Source: a virus. Taken from it: a DNA stretch of 64,000 nt. How positions within the stretch are numbered: the first letter of the stretch is position 1; every line of letters starts with the position of its first letter. The translations under genes were made by a program, and so were the position numbers. A model generated the notes under the pieces. It had not been told where the DNA came from. It did no database searches and saw only the letters and a program-made list of their open reading frames with translations. The stretch lies in IMG/VR virus record IMGVR_UViG_3300022928_002150, positions 31,809 through 95,808 of that record; one strand, given 5' to 3'. Positions 29,990 to 40,529 of the stretch are shown here, one piece after another.

Positions 29990-31273
29990 TTAAAGCTGTT
30001 TAATATTGTAGCCTTGTTTTATGTAGTGTCCCATTCTCTGTGATGCTTGGTTCGACGCAGTTTTTCCTACCAAGTGTATATCTAAAATTACGGGGGTTAA
30101 TTTACCTTCCTCTTTTCTAACTACTCGTCCTATTAACTGGGTCAATAAAGGCTCATTATTTATAGGAGTACCTAAAATTAGGCAACTTAAGCAGTTTAGT
30201 GAGATACCTTCAGAGAAAATAGCTTGTGTACCAAATAATACATTAAACCGACCAGCCTCCACCTGAGACATGATTGTTTCTCTTTGATCTTGTGCTACCT
30301 CACCCGTAACACAAGCAGCATTATCCCCAACCAGTTCGGCGCAAGCTTTTAAAAAGCTCACGCGGTCGCTTACTACCAGCACTTTGTGCCCTCGGGCTGC
30401 GTAACTAGAAGCTAACAGGGCTACCGAGTGTCTGTACTCTTCATTATTAGTTAGATTGTTTACTCTATTAGCCCAGGGTATGTTAGCTCCGTCCATAAAA
30501 CGCGTTTGAGACCTAAATATATGTATTTCTGGTTGCATAAAGTTTTCTTTGGGTGGTTTAAATACTTTTGATCCAAAGTAATCTTTGAAAACTATATGCT
30601 TACCGTCTTTTCTTTCAATAGTTCCTGATAGGCCTATTTTATACCTTGCGTGGTTAGCATCTATAATTTTAGCAAAAGTAGGAGAGGACACATGGTGCAT
30701 CTCGTCTAGTATAATACAGCCAAACTCTTTAGAGATTTCTGGCAGTTTTCTATACAGACTTTGAGTATTGCCTATTGTAATTAGATCTCCTATTTCAAAA
30801 TTACCACTACCTATAATTCCTGGAATTATTCCAAATACTTTCTCAACCTCTTTAGCCCATTGAGTCCTTAACGGTACAGTATGAACTACAATAAGAGTTT
30901 TTTGTTTTAGCTTTCCTGCTATAGCGAGCGCGGTAAATGTCTTACCCCAGCTTACCCAAGCATTAATAATTGAACTATCGTCAATTTCATCATAAACATC
31001 CTGCTGGCTTTTTCTCAGTGAGAAACGAAACTCAGGAAATTCTACTGGTTTATACACCCTTCTATCTACTATTTCATGGGTTTTAGGGATTAGATCCTCT
31101 CTGCCAGAAGGAATAGATACTAACTCAGAACTAACTCTGCTCATATTTTTAATTACAATGGGAGGGTCTGTAGGCATAGGAGCAGGCACAACATACGTTA
31201 GCTGTTTATTGAGCCACTCTTTGTATCTCCCATCTACTGAGAGAAAAATTCTATTGCCTAGTACTGCTTTCAT
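29990..31273 (-). CDS. SF2 DNA helicase (T5 D10-like)
   Basis: WGKT, DEMHH, SGT, QLIGRVVR. Confidence 0.9.
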   Translation of the reverse strand: MKAVLGNRIFLSVDGRYKEWLNKQLTYVVPAPMPTDPPIVIKNMSRVSSELVSIPSGREDLIPKTHEIVDRRVYKPVEFPEFRFSLRKSQQDVYDEIDDSSIINAWVSWGKTFTALAIAGKLKQKTLIVVHTVPLRTQWAKEVEKVFGIIPGIIGSGNFEIGDLITIGNTQSLYRKLPEISKEFGCIILDEMHHVSSPTFAKIIDANHARYKIGLSGTIERKDGKHIVFKDYFGSKVFKPPKENFMQPEIHIFRSQTRFMDGANIPWANRVNNLTNNEEYRHSVALLASSYAARGHKVLVVSDRVSFLKACAELVGDNAACVTGEVAQDQRETIMSQVEAGRFNVLFGTQAIFSEGISLNCLSCLILGTPINNEPLLTQLIGRVVRKEEGKLTPVILDIHLVGKTASNQASQRMGHYIKQGYNIKQL

Positions 31274-31275
31274 AA

Positions 31276-31980
31276 TTAAAGTCCCAAGGTTTCTTTTGAA
31301 GTTATATATTCTTTTACGAAGTCACTTCTAACTATATCTTTTATTTCAAAATCTATAAAATCGAAACATTCCATAGCTTTAAGTATTCGTATAAAGTCTC
31401 TTAAGCCGCTCTGACGTAAATCAGACTGTCGAAAGTCTCCACATAATATTACTCTGCAATTCTCTCCTATTCGAGTAATAATTGAGTCTAGCTCGTGAAA
31501 AGACATATTTTGACACTCATCTATAAGAATTGTAGCATTTCTTAGTGTAATGCCACGCACAAAAGAGGTTGTCATAAAATGAACTACGTACTTACTTTTT
31601 AAAACTTCGTATGCATCGCCCCTCTCAAACAGATCTATACATATATCCTTATATGGCTCCTCATATACGGAAGCCTTATCTTTTTCTGTACCTGGTAAAA
31701 AGCCTATATCCCTAGTAGATACTGCACTTCTAACTATCACTAGTTTTTCATACAACCCCTTGAATATATCGTCAAATGCCAGATATGAGGATATATAAGT
31801 TTTACCCGTTCCAGCGACTCCATGTAAGATTAAGTTTTTTTCGCTCTCAAATGCGAGTACTTGGTTTCTTGTTAGAGGTTCTACTGTTTTTAATTTTAAA
31901 TTAATAGCATTTAAGGTTTTAGGCTTGTGGCGTCTAGCGCCTCTATTTTGGCCTTTTACATTATTTATTTTGGATACCAA
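31276..31980 (-). CDS. phoH: PhoH-like ATPase
   Basis: GVAGTGKT, GFLPG, RGIT, DECQN, GD..QSD. Confidence 0.92.
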   Translation of the reverse strand: MVSKINNVKGQNRGARRHKPKTLNAINLKLKTVEPLTRNQVLAFESEKNLILHGVAGTGKTYISSYLAFDDIFKGLYEKLVIVRSAVSTRDIGFLPGTEKDKASVYEEPYKDICIDLFERGDAYEVLKSKYVVHFMTTSFVRGITLRNATILIDECQNMSFHELDSIITRIGENCRVILCGDFRQSDLRQSGLRDFIRILKAMECFDFIDFEIKDIVRSDFVKEYITSKETLGL

Positions 31981-31984
31981 TTTA

Positions 31985-32476
31985 TTATACCTTTCTGCGC
32001 GTATCTTTTTTCGGTCCTTCAGAATACTCGTAGAGCATATAAGGCCATTCTTTTAAATACAAAATCCCTGCGTATCGTTGGCCCGTTTCAGGAGGCCTCG
32101 GTACTCTAAAAGGAGGTATTTTTTTGCATATAATAAAAGAACTACCCTCTGCTTTATGTACTTTGTTAATATGTTTGTATTTTAAAGTACACATTTGCGT
32201 TTTTTGATAGATAAAAGGGATGCCCTTGCTATCTATAAAATACGGTGTAGCCTGCTTCAGTAATCCTTGTACGGAAATTATCTGTTTATTTAGTTTTCCT
32301 AGTCTAGGATCTGATGTTTGAACTCTCCGTAGGCCAAGAGTGTTTCCTGGCATATTCCGATCGTCTATTATTTCATTATCTAGAAATAATAAACCATCCG
32401 TATAGCTCCAATTATCAGATCTTAATCTATATATAGGAAAAGTAATATTTTTTATCGTTTTATATGTAATTACCAT
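31985..32476 (-). CDS. Hypothetical protein (T5-like, downstream of pol)
   Basis: 163-aa ORF overlapping pol end. Confidence 0.65.
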   Translation of the reverse strand: MVITYKTIKNITFPIYRLRSDNWSYTDGLLFLDNEIIDDRNMPGNTLGLRRVQTSDPRLGKLNKQIISVQGLLKQATPYFIDSKGIPFIYQKTQMCTLKYKHINKVHKAEGSSFIICKKIPPFRVPRPPETGQRYAGILYLKEWPYMLYEYSEGPKKDTRRKV

Positions 32477-34727
32477 ATATTTTCTTAAATTTACCCATTG
32501 AATAGTCCTCGCCTATTTCAAAATCACACCCAACAGGTGCTCCAGGTATACTCAAGCCTCTATCCATTTGAATGTACTTACGAAGAGAGCTGACATAGTT
32601 GTCAACATCTTCGTCTGCAACCTCTGCTAAGATAGAGTCATGTACAAGCGCAAATATTTTAGCTTTCATAGAATGGGTTTTAATATGTTGATTCATATCT
32701 ATAGCGCCCAATAAGTTAATATCAGAAGCAGCAGACTGGACCAAAAAATTAAGACCACTCCTAATCGAATGACTTTGGATTTGTGGATCCGCCGATTGTA
32801 CATTTGGTAATCTCCTCTTTCTACCAAAGAAACTGTATATAAAACCATTAGCTTGAATAAACTTTTGGTTTTCTTTGATCCATTTATCCAATTTATGAAA
32901 AGTTTTAAAATAATCTTCAATTACATCCTTTGCTTCTCCAACTGTAAATACGGTTCCTGAATCTTTGGTAACTTGCTCACTTATCTTTTTAGGGCCAGCA
33001 CCATACATAATACCAAAAGTAACAGCTTTAGCAGCCTGCCTCTGAGTAGTATACATGTCTGCTATATCCTCTACAGGACAAGTTAGCTTAAAAACTGTTT
33101 TTGCAATACTAGAGTGAAAATTTCCTCCACTTTTAAATACGTCCATTAAAGCCGTGTCTTTTGCCAGAATTGCTGCAACATAAACTTCAGCAGTTGTTAA
33201 ATCCATAGCAACTATTTTATTACCCTCACTTGCCTTAATACAACCCTTTACAATAGGGTTATCTCTTGGCAGTTGCTGCATGTTTAGCTTGCCTGAACTG
33301 CTAAGACGGCCACTAGTAGTAGAATGCAAATTAAAACCGGTTCTGAGATGTGAGTCACGATCCAGCTGAGGAATAATTTTATCCAAATATGTATTTTTAA
33401 TCTTAGACTTTTGCCGTATATTAAGAATGTGGTTAGGTACTTCATGTTCTTGTCCTAGTATTTGTAGAACTTCAGCGTCTGTTGACCAAGCGCCTGTCCC
33501 CGTTTTTTTCATTACTGGTTGCAGACCTATATAATCATATAGCAAGGATCGTAGTTGTACTGTACTATTTGGATTAAACTCCTTTCCTTGAGCCTTCTCA
33601 AATAACTTAATGGCGTTTACTTTATATAGTTCCTCTACCGCGCTATCTATGTCATCTTGCATGAGCTCCTGGGCGATACGCAGCCTTTTAGCGTCGAAAG
33701 GAACACCATTGTTTTGGACATCAATTAGAAACCTAGTTCCTGGTATAAGAATATTATCATATACAGATAGTAGCTTATGGTTTTCTTTAATTTTTTTAAA
33801 TTTTTGGTATAAAGTAAACGTACACACAGCATCCATTGCTGCATATGTTTTCATTATATCAAACGGAATAGAGCTCCATTGAAAATCGCCCTTTAATATT
33901 CCATGCTCTTTTCTATACTGATCCATCCAATCATACATCGGCTTCTCATAGTCTCCGTAGATTGTATACTTTAAAGAAAGGGGCTTTAGTCCATGGCCTC
34001 CAGGATTCTCATCTATTAAATAATGAAGCAACATAGTATCTTCAAAATCTGGAAAAACCCACCCAAAATGATACTCAAAGAAAGCTATATCAAACTTTGC
34101 ATTATGAAAAACAACTTTGCTAGACTTAAACAAGTCAGCAAGCATAGATTCTAACTCATCATCAAAACATTCAGTATCTATGTATACACCGTCGTCCCCA
34201 TTATATGACATGGAGATTCCTAGCACGTGACCATCGCGCGGGTATAGTCCCGTTGTTTCGGAATCTAAAGCAATTACAGGATGCTGTGCTGCCTGCCTAA
34301 CCCATGCTTTAGCTTCGTCAGTATCTTGTATGCCCCGAGCAATATTATCATCTATTACAGTGTCCTCTAGTTCTCCACTAATATACTTAATAATATTATC
34401 CTTAGAGGACTCCCAGGTCTTTTTAGCCTCGGGCTTAAACTTAAGCATACCAGGATTGATTACAGGAAGGAACTTTCCTTCTACTTTTTTACCTGAGTAC
34501 TCTGTAACAGAATTAATTTTTGTAAAGTATTTTAGTGCATCGCTACCCACTAAAATAACCCAATCATATTGGTCTGTATCAATATCAATATCGCAGTCTC
34601 TTTTCAGGACTTTTTTAACGCTCGCGTCTGAGCACAAATGATATGTATCAAACGCAAAAGAGCCGTCGAACAATTCTTTAAAATTTGAACGACTCGGTTT
34701 AGTTTCTACTAATGCAACTTTAGGCAT
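32460..34727 (-). CDS. Family A DNA polymerase (T5-like)
   Basis: DSETTGL, HNAKFD, GRLSS, DLTTAE, RQAAKAVTFGIMYG, VHDS. Confidence 0.96.
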   Translation of the reverse strand: MPKVALVETKPSRSNFKELFDGSFAFDTYHLCSDASVKKVLKRDCDIDIDTDQYDWVILVGSDALKYFTKINSVTEYSGKKVEGKFLPVINPGMLKFKPEAKKTWESSKDNIIKYISGELEDTVIDDNIARGIQDTDEAKAWVRQAAQHPVIALDSETTGLYPRDGHVLGISMSYNGDDGVYIDTECFDDELESMLADLFKSSKVVFHNAKFDIAFFEYHFGWVFPDFEDTMLLHYLIDENPGGHGLKPLSLKYTIYGDYEKPMYDWMDQYRKEHGILKGDFQWSSIPFDIMKTYAAMDAVCTFTLYQKFKKIKENHKLLSVYDNILIPGTRFLIDVQNNGVPFDAKRLRIAQELMQDDIDSAVEELYKVNAIKLFEKAQGKEFNPNSTVQLRSLLYDYIGLQPVMKKTGTGAWSTDAEVLQILGQEHEVPNHILNIRQKSKIKNTYLDKIIPQLDRDSHLRTGFNLHSTTSGRLSSSGKLNMQQLPRDNPIVKGCIKASEGNKIVAMDLTTAEVYVAAILAKDTALMDVFKSGGNFHSSIAKTVFKLTCPVEDIADMYTTQRQAAKAVTFGIMYGAGPKKISEQVTKDSGTVFTVGEAKDVIEDYFKTFHKLDKWIKENQKFIQANGFIYSFFGRKRRLPNVQSADPQIQSHSIRSGLNFLVQSAASDINLLGAIDMNQHIKTHSMKAKIFALVHDSILAEVADEDVDNYVSSLRKYIQMDRGLSIPGAPVGCDFEIGEDYSMGKFKKIYGNYI

Positions 34728-35556
34728 ATAATTTAATCCTTAGATCATTTACTTGAGAATATTTAAGGGCTCCAGGATCTACGTTTTTATTACCGTACTT
34801 AATAACTCTGGAAGTGAGACCAACTTTCTCACATAACCCCTCCACACGGGAGGCTTGGGCTTGACCCGCCTCATCATTATCAAAAAATATATCAATATTA
34901 CTTACTCCTTGCATACCTAGAATTGCTAGTCTGTCCTCTGTAACGTTTTTTACACCGAAACAGCAGATAGCGTTTTCTAGGCCTTTGTCATGTAGATTAA
35001 GCATATCAAATATACCTTCCACTAATATAACAGACCCTAAGTTAGGTTTAACTACGGGAAACAATGGCATTTTTACTCCGGCAGGACTATTTAAATATTT
35101 GGGAGTTCCCATTGTGGTATGTCGTCCTACAAATGCTACTATTTTTAGTGTTCTATCGCGGATAGGGAACACAATTCTGTTTTGATACTCTTTTAAAGAT
35201 TGCTGCTGAAACGCCTCAAACTTTCTATAGGTTTCTGGTTTTATATCTCTCCAGTTACCTACATACGGCATAGAATTTTTAGGAAAGGCTAATCCTATAT
35301 TCTCTGCTCGTACTTCTTGTATTTTCTTCTTTAACATCTCTCTTCGAACCTGCATTTGATTCTGTCGTTCGCCGTAAAGAGTAAACAAATTGCCCTTATA
35401 CTCACACGAAAAACAATTGAATATACCAGTTATCTGGTCTATTCTCATACTAGGGTTTTTGTCTGGGTGCGCAGGGTTTAAACAGCTTACTAGAAAGTCT
35501 CCACCTTTAGGTATGAAGGCAATTTCTTTACTTCTTAAAAGATCTTCTACGTTCAT
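34720..35556 (-). CDS. DNA primase
   Basis: C...H.D..PS...CFSC zinc finger; EGIFD and D.DEAG TOPRIM. Confidence 0.92.
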   Translation of the reverse strand: MNVEDLLRSKEIAFIPKGGDFLVSCLNPAHPDKNPSMRIDQITGIFNCFSCEYKGNLFTLYGERQNQMQVRREMLKKKIQEVRAENIGLAFPKNSMPYVGNWRDIKPETYRKFEAFQQQSLKEYQNRIVFPIRDRTLKIVAFVGRHTTMGTPKYLNSPAGVKMPLFPVVKPNLGSVILVEGIFDMLNLHDKGLENAICCFGVKNVTEDRLAILGMQGVSNIDIFFDNDEAGQAQASRVEGLCEKVGLTSRVIKYGNKNVDPGALKYSQVNDLRIKLYA

Positions 35557-35819
35557 TAACAGTCCGAATCATAGTCTTGCCACTCGTCATATTCAGTGGG
35601 CTCATAATAGTTATCATACTCTTCGGAGAGGCTGCCCGTTTCTATGATTAGCTCATATTCTTCAAACTTACTTATCTCCTCCTCTGTAAAAAAGGAGTAG
35701 TATTTAGAAAGCCTAGCCATGCCAGTTTGCATCCACTCAAAGTCACCAACATCTACAGCGGCCTCTAAAACAATAAAGTGCTCTTCAATTTTACTTCTAG
35801 CATCGTCCTGTTTAATCAT
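35556..35819 (-). CDS. Hypothetical acidic protein
   Basis: 87 aa, coupled; EPTEYDEWQDYDSDC end. Confidence 0.6.
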   Translation of the reverse strand: MIKQDDARSKIEEHFIVLEAAVDVGDFEWMQTGMARLSKYYSFFTEEEISKFEEYELIIETGSLSEEYDNYYEPTEYDEWQDYDSDC

Positions 35820-36106
35820 CGTCCTATGTCCTCTACTTCGCTTCTTGGTATAACCATGTAAGCTCCTTTATTATAGGCAGGAGCTACGGTAAACTTATGC
35901 TGTGTCTTATATGAAGTATCCTTTGCGGGCCTGTAAGGAGTCATCGGAGCGCTTGGGTACTTATTCACTTCGTCTATGCGACTATTAGTAAACAGTGGTT
36001 CTTTCATTTCTTTGAAAGGTCTCTTTGTTTTAGTTACTTTATTAACTTTACGTGTATTACGCTTTCTACCTGTATAGGTATAATTAATTGACCCTGATAC
36101 TATCAT
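35816..36106 (-). CDS. Hypothetical protein
   Basis: APAYNKGAY motif; RBS GAGGA. Confidence 0.65.
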   Translation of the reverse strand: MIVSGSINYTYTGRKRNTRKVNKVTKTKRPFKEMKEPLFTNSRIDEVNKYPSAPMTPYRPAKDTSYKTQHKFTVAPAYNKGAYMVIPRSEVEDIGR

Positions 36107-36132
36107 GTGTTATCCTCGCTAATTAAGAGTAT

Positions 36133-36161
36133 ATTATACAAGAAAACAACTAAATAGTCAA
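36133..36161 (-). promoter_or_regulatory. Sigma70-type phage promoter
   Basis: TTGACT-17-TATAAT. Confidence 0.85.
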
Positions 36162-36169
36162 GAGAAATT

Positions 36170-37525
36170 TTACCCGATGTTGTCATTAATTTCTTCTCCT
36201 GTTTTCTCTGAGGAGTCCTCCCGCTCTTTAGGTGTTAGTGTACTATCAGGACCTATCTTTAGGGTATCCCAATTCATGGTTGAAGTAAAGCTGTGCATTG
36301 GAGCTGATCTCATTTTTACACAATTAAAACTTATGCAGTTATCCTCCTCACTCCAGGCTTCTAAAGAGTATGCAGCATCTGCGGCATCCAGAATACCTTT
36401 AGCAAATCTTGCCTCTCCTGTAGCATCGGTTTGATATGGACTAAATACACACACCTCGTACTCTTGGGCCATAGATTTTAATGCTTTACTTACTTCTATT
36501 TGTTCAGTCCAATCATACTGGCCACCAAACCTACTAGGTATATTTGATCTTTTTACCTGGTTAATATAGTCTACAATAATTACTGAAGGCTTAAGTATAG
36601 ATACTTTTTTATCTAACTCTGCTCTTATCTTTCCTATAGTAAGTGAAGGGTCATATATTACGTCTACCTGTTGTTCAGGGGTAAGATCTCCAAGACTAAG
36701 TTTTTGGTGAAACCTGTCAAAATCTCGGTGTTCTCTATACTCATCCAAACGCTCCTGGCCTTTAGTAAATCGTGCAGCCCACCAAGAAGCTATCTTCTCC
36801 CATTCTGTGATACTTAAATTTTTGTTTTTAATTCTATTGGCAGGCACACCCGTTGAGATTGAACATATTCTTTGCAGAATTTCTCTACTACTCATCTCGA
36901 TTGTAAAGTAGAGAGAAGACTTACCTGCTAAGTACGAAGCCGCTGCAACGTTGGCACAAGCAATAGATTTCCCCGCCCCTCGTCTACCACCAACAAGCAC
37001 CAGGTCTCGGGGGGAAAACGAAATGCTTTGATCATAGTCTGAGTTGAGACCGAGGGGCAGGTACTTATCTAAATCGTCTTCAGAGTCGAACAGAGATATT
37101 CTTTGCATACTTTCGGATGGGACTTCTAAGTCTACCTTATCCTGAATATCTAGCACGATCTGATGTAGTGCTTGTACTGATTCTTCGGCTTCTGCAAATA
37201 AAACTGTACTATCAATATAAGTATCTAACGAGTTAAATATTTCTTTTTGTGTAAACTCATTTTTTAAATACTGCAATAAAGTAAAAGCATCTGCCTCTAC
37301 TTCAAGAGATTGTATTGCTAGTACCTTTTCTTTTGTCTGAGCGTGCCGTAGTGAAAGGGTTAAGTCCTCAAAGGTAGGTAATCGGGAGTAGTTATCAAAA
37401 TAATTATCAATATAGTCAAATACTTTATGGTACTCGGAAGGGAGGTACTCTTTTTTAACATACGACCAAGTTTCGAGGTCTGCCTCCTCAATCGTCTTTT
37501 TAATTAAAGCACTTGCTATATTCAA
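36170..37525 (-). CDS. DnaB-like replicative helicase
   Basis: GRRGAGKS, IEM, VDYIN, ILDAAD. Confidence 0.9.
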   Translation of the reverse strand: MNIASALIKKTIEEADLETWSYVKKEYLPSEYHKVFDYIDNYFDNYSRLPTFEDLTLSLRHAQTKEKVLAIQSLEVEADAFTLLQYLKNEFTQKEIFNSLDTYIDSTVLFAEAEESVQALHQIVLDIQDKVDLEVPSESMQRISLFDSEDDLDKYLPLGLNSDYDQSISFSPRDLVLVGGRRGAGKSIACANVAAASYLAGKSSLYFTIEMSSREILQRICSISTGVPANRIKNKNLSITEWEKIASWWAARFTKGQERLDEYREHRDFDRFHQKLSLGDLTPEQQVDVIYDPSLTIGKIRAELDKKVSILKPSVIIVDYINQVKRSNIPSRFGGQYDWTEQIEVSKALKSMAQEYEVCVFSPYQTDATGEARFAKGILDAADAAYSLEAWSEEDNCISFNCVKMRSAPMHSFTSTMNWDTLKIGPDSTLTPKEREDSSEKTGEEINDNIG

Positions 37526-37550
37526 CTATCGTTCCCCCGAACATTAAAGA

Positions 37551-37578
37551 AACAGCTACGAGAGACCCCGTAGCTGTT
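37551..37578 (-). terminator. Terminator after D5-like gene
   Basis: AACAGCTACG/CGTAGCTGTT inverted repeat followed by T-rich run on - strand. Confidence 0.7.
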
Positions 37579-37609
37579 CTGGTTTTTACATAATATTATG
37601 TATATGCTA

Positions 37610-38338
37610 TTAGCTAGCTGCGGCTTTTTGTGCCCGAGCTTCGCCATCATAGTCAGAGGCTGTGAGGCCACGACGAGTCAGCATAGTTTTTACTCCACGG
37701 GGAGTTTTGCCAATCGCCTCTGCAATCTCTTCTACAGTCATCTCGGCTAGGTTGCCAAGAGAGGCAAAAGGATCTGCAGTTGCTGCACCTTTGGTGTTCT
37801 GCTGGCGGGGGATAGCGTCAATGTCGCCTGAACGGAGCAAGCTAAGAGCTTTACCACGTACTGAGTTGATTTCTCGACCCAAGGCTTCTGCGATATCCTC
37901 TACGAAAGAGCCCTTGTTTACCATTGCGATAAACGTAGCTTCTTCGTCTGCACTGTACGTTCGTACAGGCTCTACTTTAGGCATAGCTGCAACATGAGAA
38001 GTCAATTCCATAGACAAGATTTTGCCTTGGATAGACTTAGCAGAGAACTTACCGCCTTCAAAATGCTCAGCAATTTGTGCGTAGTTATATTCACCGCTGT
38101 TTTCTGTTACAAAAGCACGCAAAGTTGCTTCTTGCTCATCTGAGAAAGACTTACCTGCGGCTACTGATGCCAATTCTACTTCGAATCCCATTTTACGCAA
38201 TTTGCTAGAAACGGAACGAGGAGTTGTTTCAAGAGTAGAAGCTGCTTCTGCAACTGTACCTTGAGAAATAGGACTTTCGTCACCAACGAAAGCTGTTAAT
38301 TGAGCGGTTCGCTCATCTGTCCACTTAGGAAGTGCCAT
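37610..38338 (-). CDS. T5 D5-like multi-HTH DNA-binding regulator
   Basis: Repeated IAE.LG...SV..KL units; synteny. Confidence 0.85.
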   Translation of the reverse strand: MALPKWTDERTAQLTAFVGDESPISQGTVAEAASTLETTPRSVSSKLRKMGFEVELASVAAGKSFSDEQEATLRAFVTENSGEYNYAQIAEHFEGGKFSAKSIQGKILSMELTSHVAAMPKVEPVRTYSADEEATFIAMVNKGSFVEDIAEALGREINSVRGKALSLLRSGDIDAIPRQQNTKGAATADPFASLGNLAEMTVEEIAEAIGKTPRGVKTMLTRRGLTASDYDGEARAQKAAAS

Positions 38339-39093
38339 TATATCTCCAATAATTCATAAATGTTTGTTGAAATTTTAATGCCAGAGTCTCTGGCTTGTTT
38401 AGTTTTACTGGACTCTACCGCACTTTCGTTTAATAGAATCGTTACTTGCTTAGTAAGGCTACTTTTTACCTCGTAACCTGCACTATTCAATGCTGTTGTT
38501 GCTTCAGCTTTGGTTCTGAAACTCTTCAGCTTACCACTGATACAAACAACACCCTTTTCTAGAGTTACTTTTTCTTGTTCAGAAAATTTGAAAGAAAAAG
38601 GCAGAAGGCCGTCATAGAAGCAGTAATACTCCGAGTCTAGCCAGTTACACAGGCTCTCTGTAGCTTTAGGGCCTAGCCCTGCAAGCGTACAAGCGTCTCT
38701 ATTAATCTCGAACATAGTTGATACAATAGCAGACAGCTTTTTAGTTGCCGTATTCCCTATTAGGGGGATTCCAAAAGCAGGAAGGACTAAGTCAAGAGGG
38801 GCAGAACGAGAGTTCTGAATCTCTGCGTATAATTTAGAAGCTAGCTTTTCTGAGTCTAGGCGAACAGCGATATCCTCTTCTGTCATAGAATAGATTTCAT
38901 CAAAGTCTTGTATGTCTAGTTTTTTGATAGCTGCAGGGCCAAGTCCTTTTATTTTAAGGGCCTTAGCAAAGTGCTCTATCTTTTTTCCTGTTCTGGCATC
39001 ACACATATTATTCCTACAATACAAAACATTATTAACCCATGTTAGAGGGCTAGAGCAACTAGGACAAGTTTTTGGGGCTTGTATAGTAGTCAT
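38338..39093 (-). CDS. NAD-dependent DNA ligase subunit B (Zn finger, HhH, BRCT)
   Basis: CPSC...C...C, IKGLG, GIPLIG, BRCT. Confidence 0.9.
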   Translation of the reverse strand: MTTIQAPKTCPSCSSPLTWVNNVLYCRNNMCDARTGKKIEHFAKALKIKGLGPAAIKKLDIQDFDEIYSMTEEDIAVRLDSEKLASKLYAEIQNSRSAPLDLVLPAFGIPLIGNTATKKLSAIVSTMFEINRDACTLAGLGPKATESLCNWLDSEYYCFYDGLLPFSFKFSEQEKVTLEKGVVCISGKLKSFRTKAEATTALNSAGYEVKSSLTKQVTILLNESAVESSKTKQARDSGIKISTNIYELLEI

Positions 39094-39129
39094 AATGATA
39101 AGTATAGTATTCCTAAAAAGTGAAAGATT

Positions 39130-39159
39130 ATTATAATATAAAAATTAGCTGAGTGTCAA
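39130..39159 (-). promoter_or_regulatory. Sigma70-type phage promoter
   Basis: TTGACA-18-TATAAT. Confidence 0.7.
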
Positions 39160-39182
39160 GTAATATTTTTCTTCAGGTGACC

Positions 39183-40142
39183 TTATAGGTCTACCCGTCG
39201 TAAAATACGAGGTATAATTTCCCCGCTTCTTATTACTTCGACAGCACAGCCAATTTCTAAGTTTAGCTGGTGTATATACTCTATGTTATGCAGAGTAGCA
39301 CGAGAAACTTTCGCATCTCCAATAAATACAGGTGTCAATATTCCTACAGGACTTACTGCACCTGATTTACCTACTTGCCAAACTACATCTTCTAAAGTTG
39401 TTACTACACCTTCTTTTTCTTGCTTAAGCGCGACTACACCTCGAGGGTGATGAGACGTAAAACCTAAGCTATAGTATTTGCTTATGGATTCAACTCTACA
39501 AACTACACCATCCGTAGGGTAGTTTGTTTCATCGAAACATGTAACTACATCAAATCCTTGATGCTGTAGAAACTCCATAAGCTCAGTGTACTGCTCTATT
39601 TCAAGGATATGTCCTCTACTAGCCTGTGCATCGTATGCAACAAACTGTATTGGACGCTCAGCAAATTCTTCTAAACTTTTTAAGTTTAGAGCACCCGCTG
39701 CAGCATTTCGAGCGTTAGGAACACTCAGGGGGCATACTACTTCCCCTGTAATTTGTACTGTACCCTGATGGTCAATAGAAGCCGGAACGATAGTACTGAG
39801 TTTGTCAGTAATATCCCGTCCTAGATTACCATCTCCTCTAGTTAAGCCTAGAGCAAAATGCCCTTTGACATAAACTAGAGATACGGCAGCACCGTCTAAT
39901 TTTGGAGTACAGACCCTGCCTTCGTTCCTCAACGAGGAGATTCGGGCATCAAGACAGCTAGTGTCTTTATAGATTTCTTTTTCTAGCGAAAACATTTTAT
40001 AAAGGTGTGGAATGCCGTCAGTAACGACATGGCCTACTGAATTATAATTATATTTAGCCGCCAGAGAGTCAAACTCTGAGTCAGACAACAGTGGCACACC
40101 ATTATAGTATGCGTCTGCTGCTTTTTCTAAAAAATCTTTCAA
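39183..40142 (-). CDS. NAD-dependent DNA ligase subunit A (adenylation + OB)
   Basis: KLDG, TRGDG, RN.AAG, TDGVV, ATLHN, RSGEIIP. Confidence 0.92.
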   Translation of the reverse strand: MKDFLEKAADAYYNGVPLLSDSEFDSLAAKYNYNSVGHVVTDGIPHLYKMFSLEKEIYKDTSCLDARISSLRNEGRVCTPKLDGAAVSLVYVKGHFALGLTRGDGNLGRDITDKLSTIVPASIDHQGTVQITGEVVCPLSVPNARNAAAGALNLKSLEEFAERPIQFVAYDAQASRGHILEIEQYTELMEFLQHQGFDVVTCFDETNYPTDGVVCRVESISKYYSLGFTSHHPRGVVALKQEKEGVVTTLEDVVWQVGKSGAVSPVGILTPVFIGDAKVSRATLHNIEYIHQLNLEIGCAVEVIRSGEIIPRILRRVDL

Positions 40143-40169
40143 GTCTGTATTTCCCTAAATTGAACATAT

Positions 40170-40198
40170 ATTATACTGGAAAAAGTTAATAAAGTCAA
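40170..40198 (-). promoter_or_regulatory. Sigma70-type phage promoter
   Basis: TTGACT-17-TATAAT. Confidence 0.85.
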
Positions 40199-40224
40199 GA
40201 ATTTTTTACAGTTCCGTTATGAAA

Positions 40225-40527
40225 TTATTTTGAATAAAGATCTACAAGTAAATCTTTAAAATGCTCCTCTATAACGTCTCTGGACTCTGCCAGGGACAAA
40301 ATTTCGGTGAGCCCAATAAATAACTCTCGGGAATTGTCGAAGTCGATCGGCATTGTAACACCATTTCTGGTAGGTTTCCATTCTTCATGGAAATCCAGAT
40401 AAAACTTTCGGACACTAATATACTCAACACCACGAAAAGTGCTAACAGTAAGTCGGACCTGTTCGTTTTTGACTTCATCTGTGTGTATTATTCTCTCGTA
40501 AATACTAGGCTCTTCGAATAATTCCAT
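40225..40527 (-). CDS. PC4-like ssDNA-binding protein
   Basis: FRGVEYISVRKFY....EWKPTRNGV. Confidence 0.85.
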   Translation of the reverse strand: MELFEEPSIYERIIHTDEVKNEQVRLTVSTFRGVEYISVRKFYLDFHEEWKPTRNGVTMPIDFDNSRELFIGLTEILSLAESRDVIEEHFKDLLVDLYSK

Positions 40528-40529
40528 AT

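Noticed and set aside
21781-37525. Inteins, introns or homing endonucleases in nrdAB, pol or helicases
   Set aside because: The genes are compact and continuous; no HNH, LAGLIDADG or intein motifs noticed
38338-40142. Broken ligase pseudogene
   Set aside because: A split NAD ligase is normal in T5-like phages; both halves are intact with their own promoters
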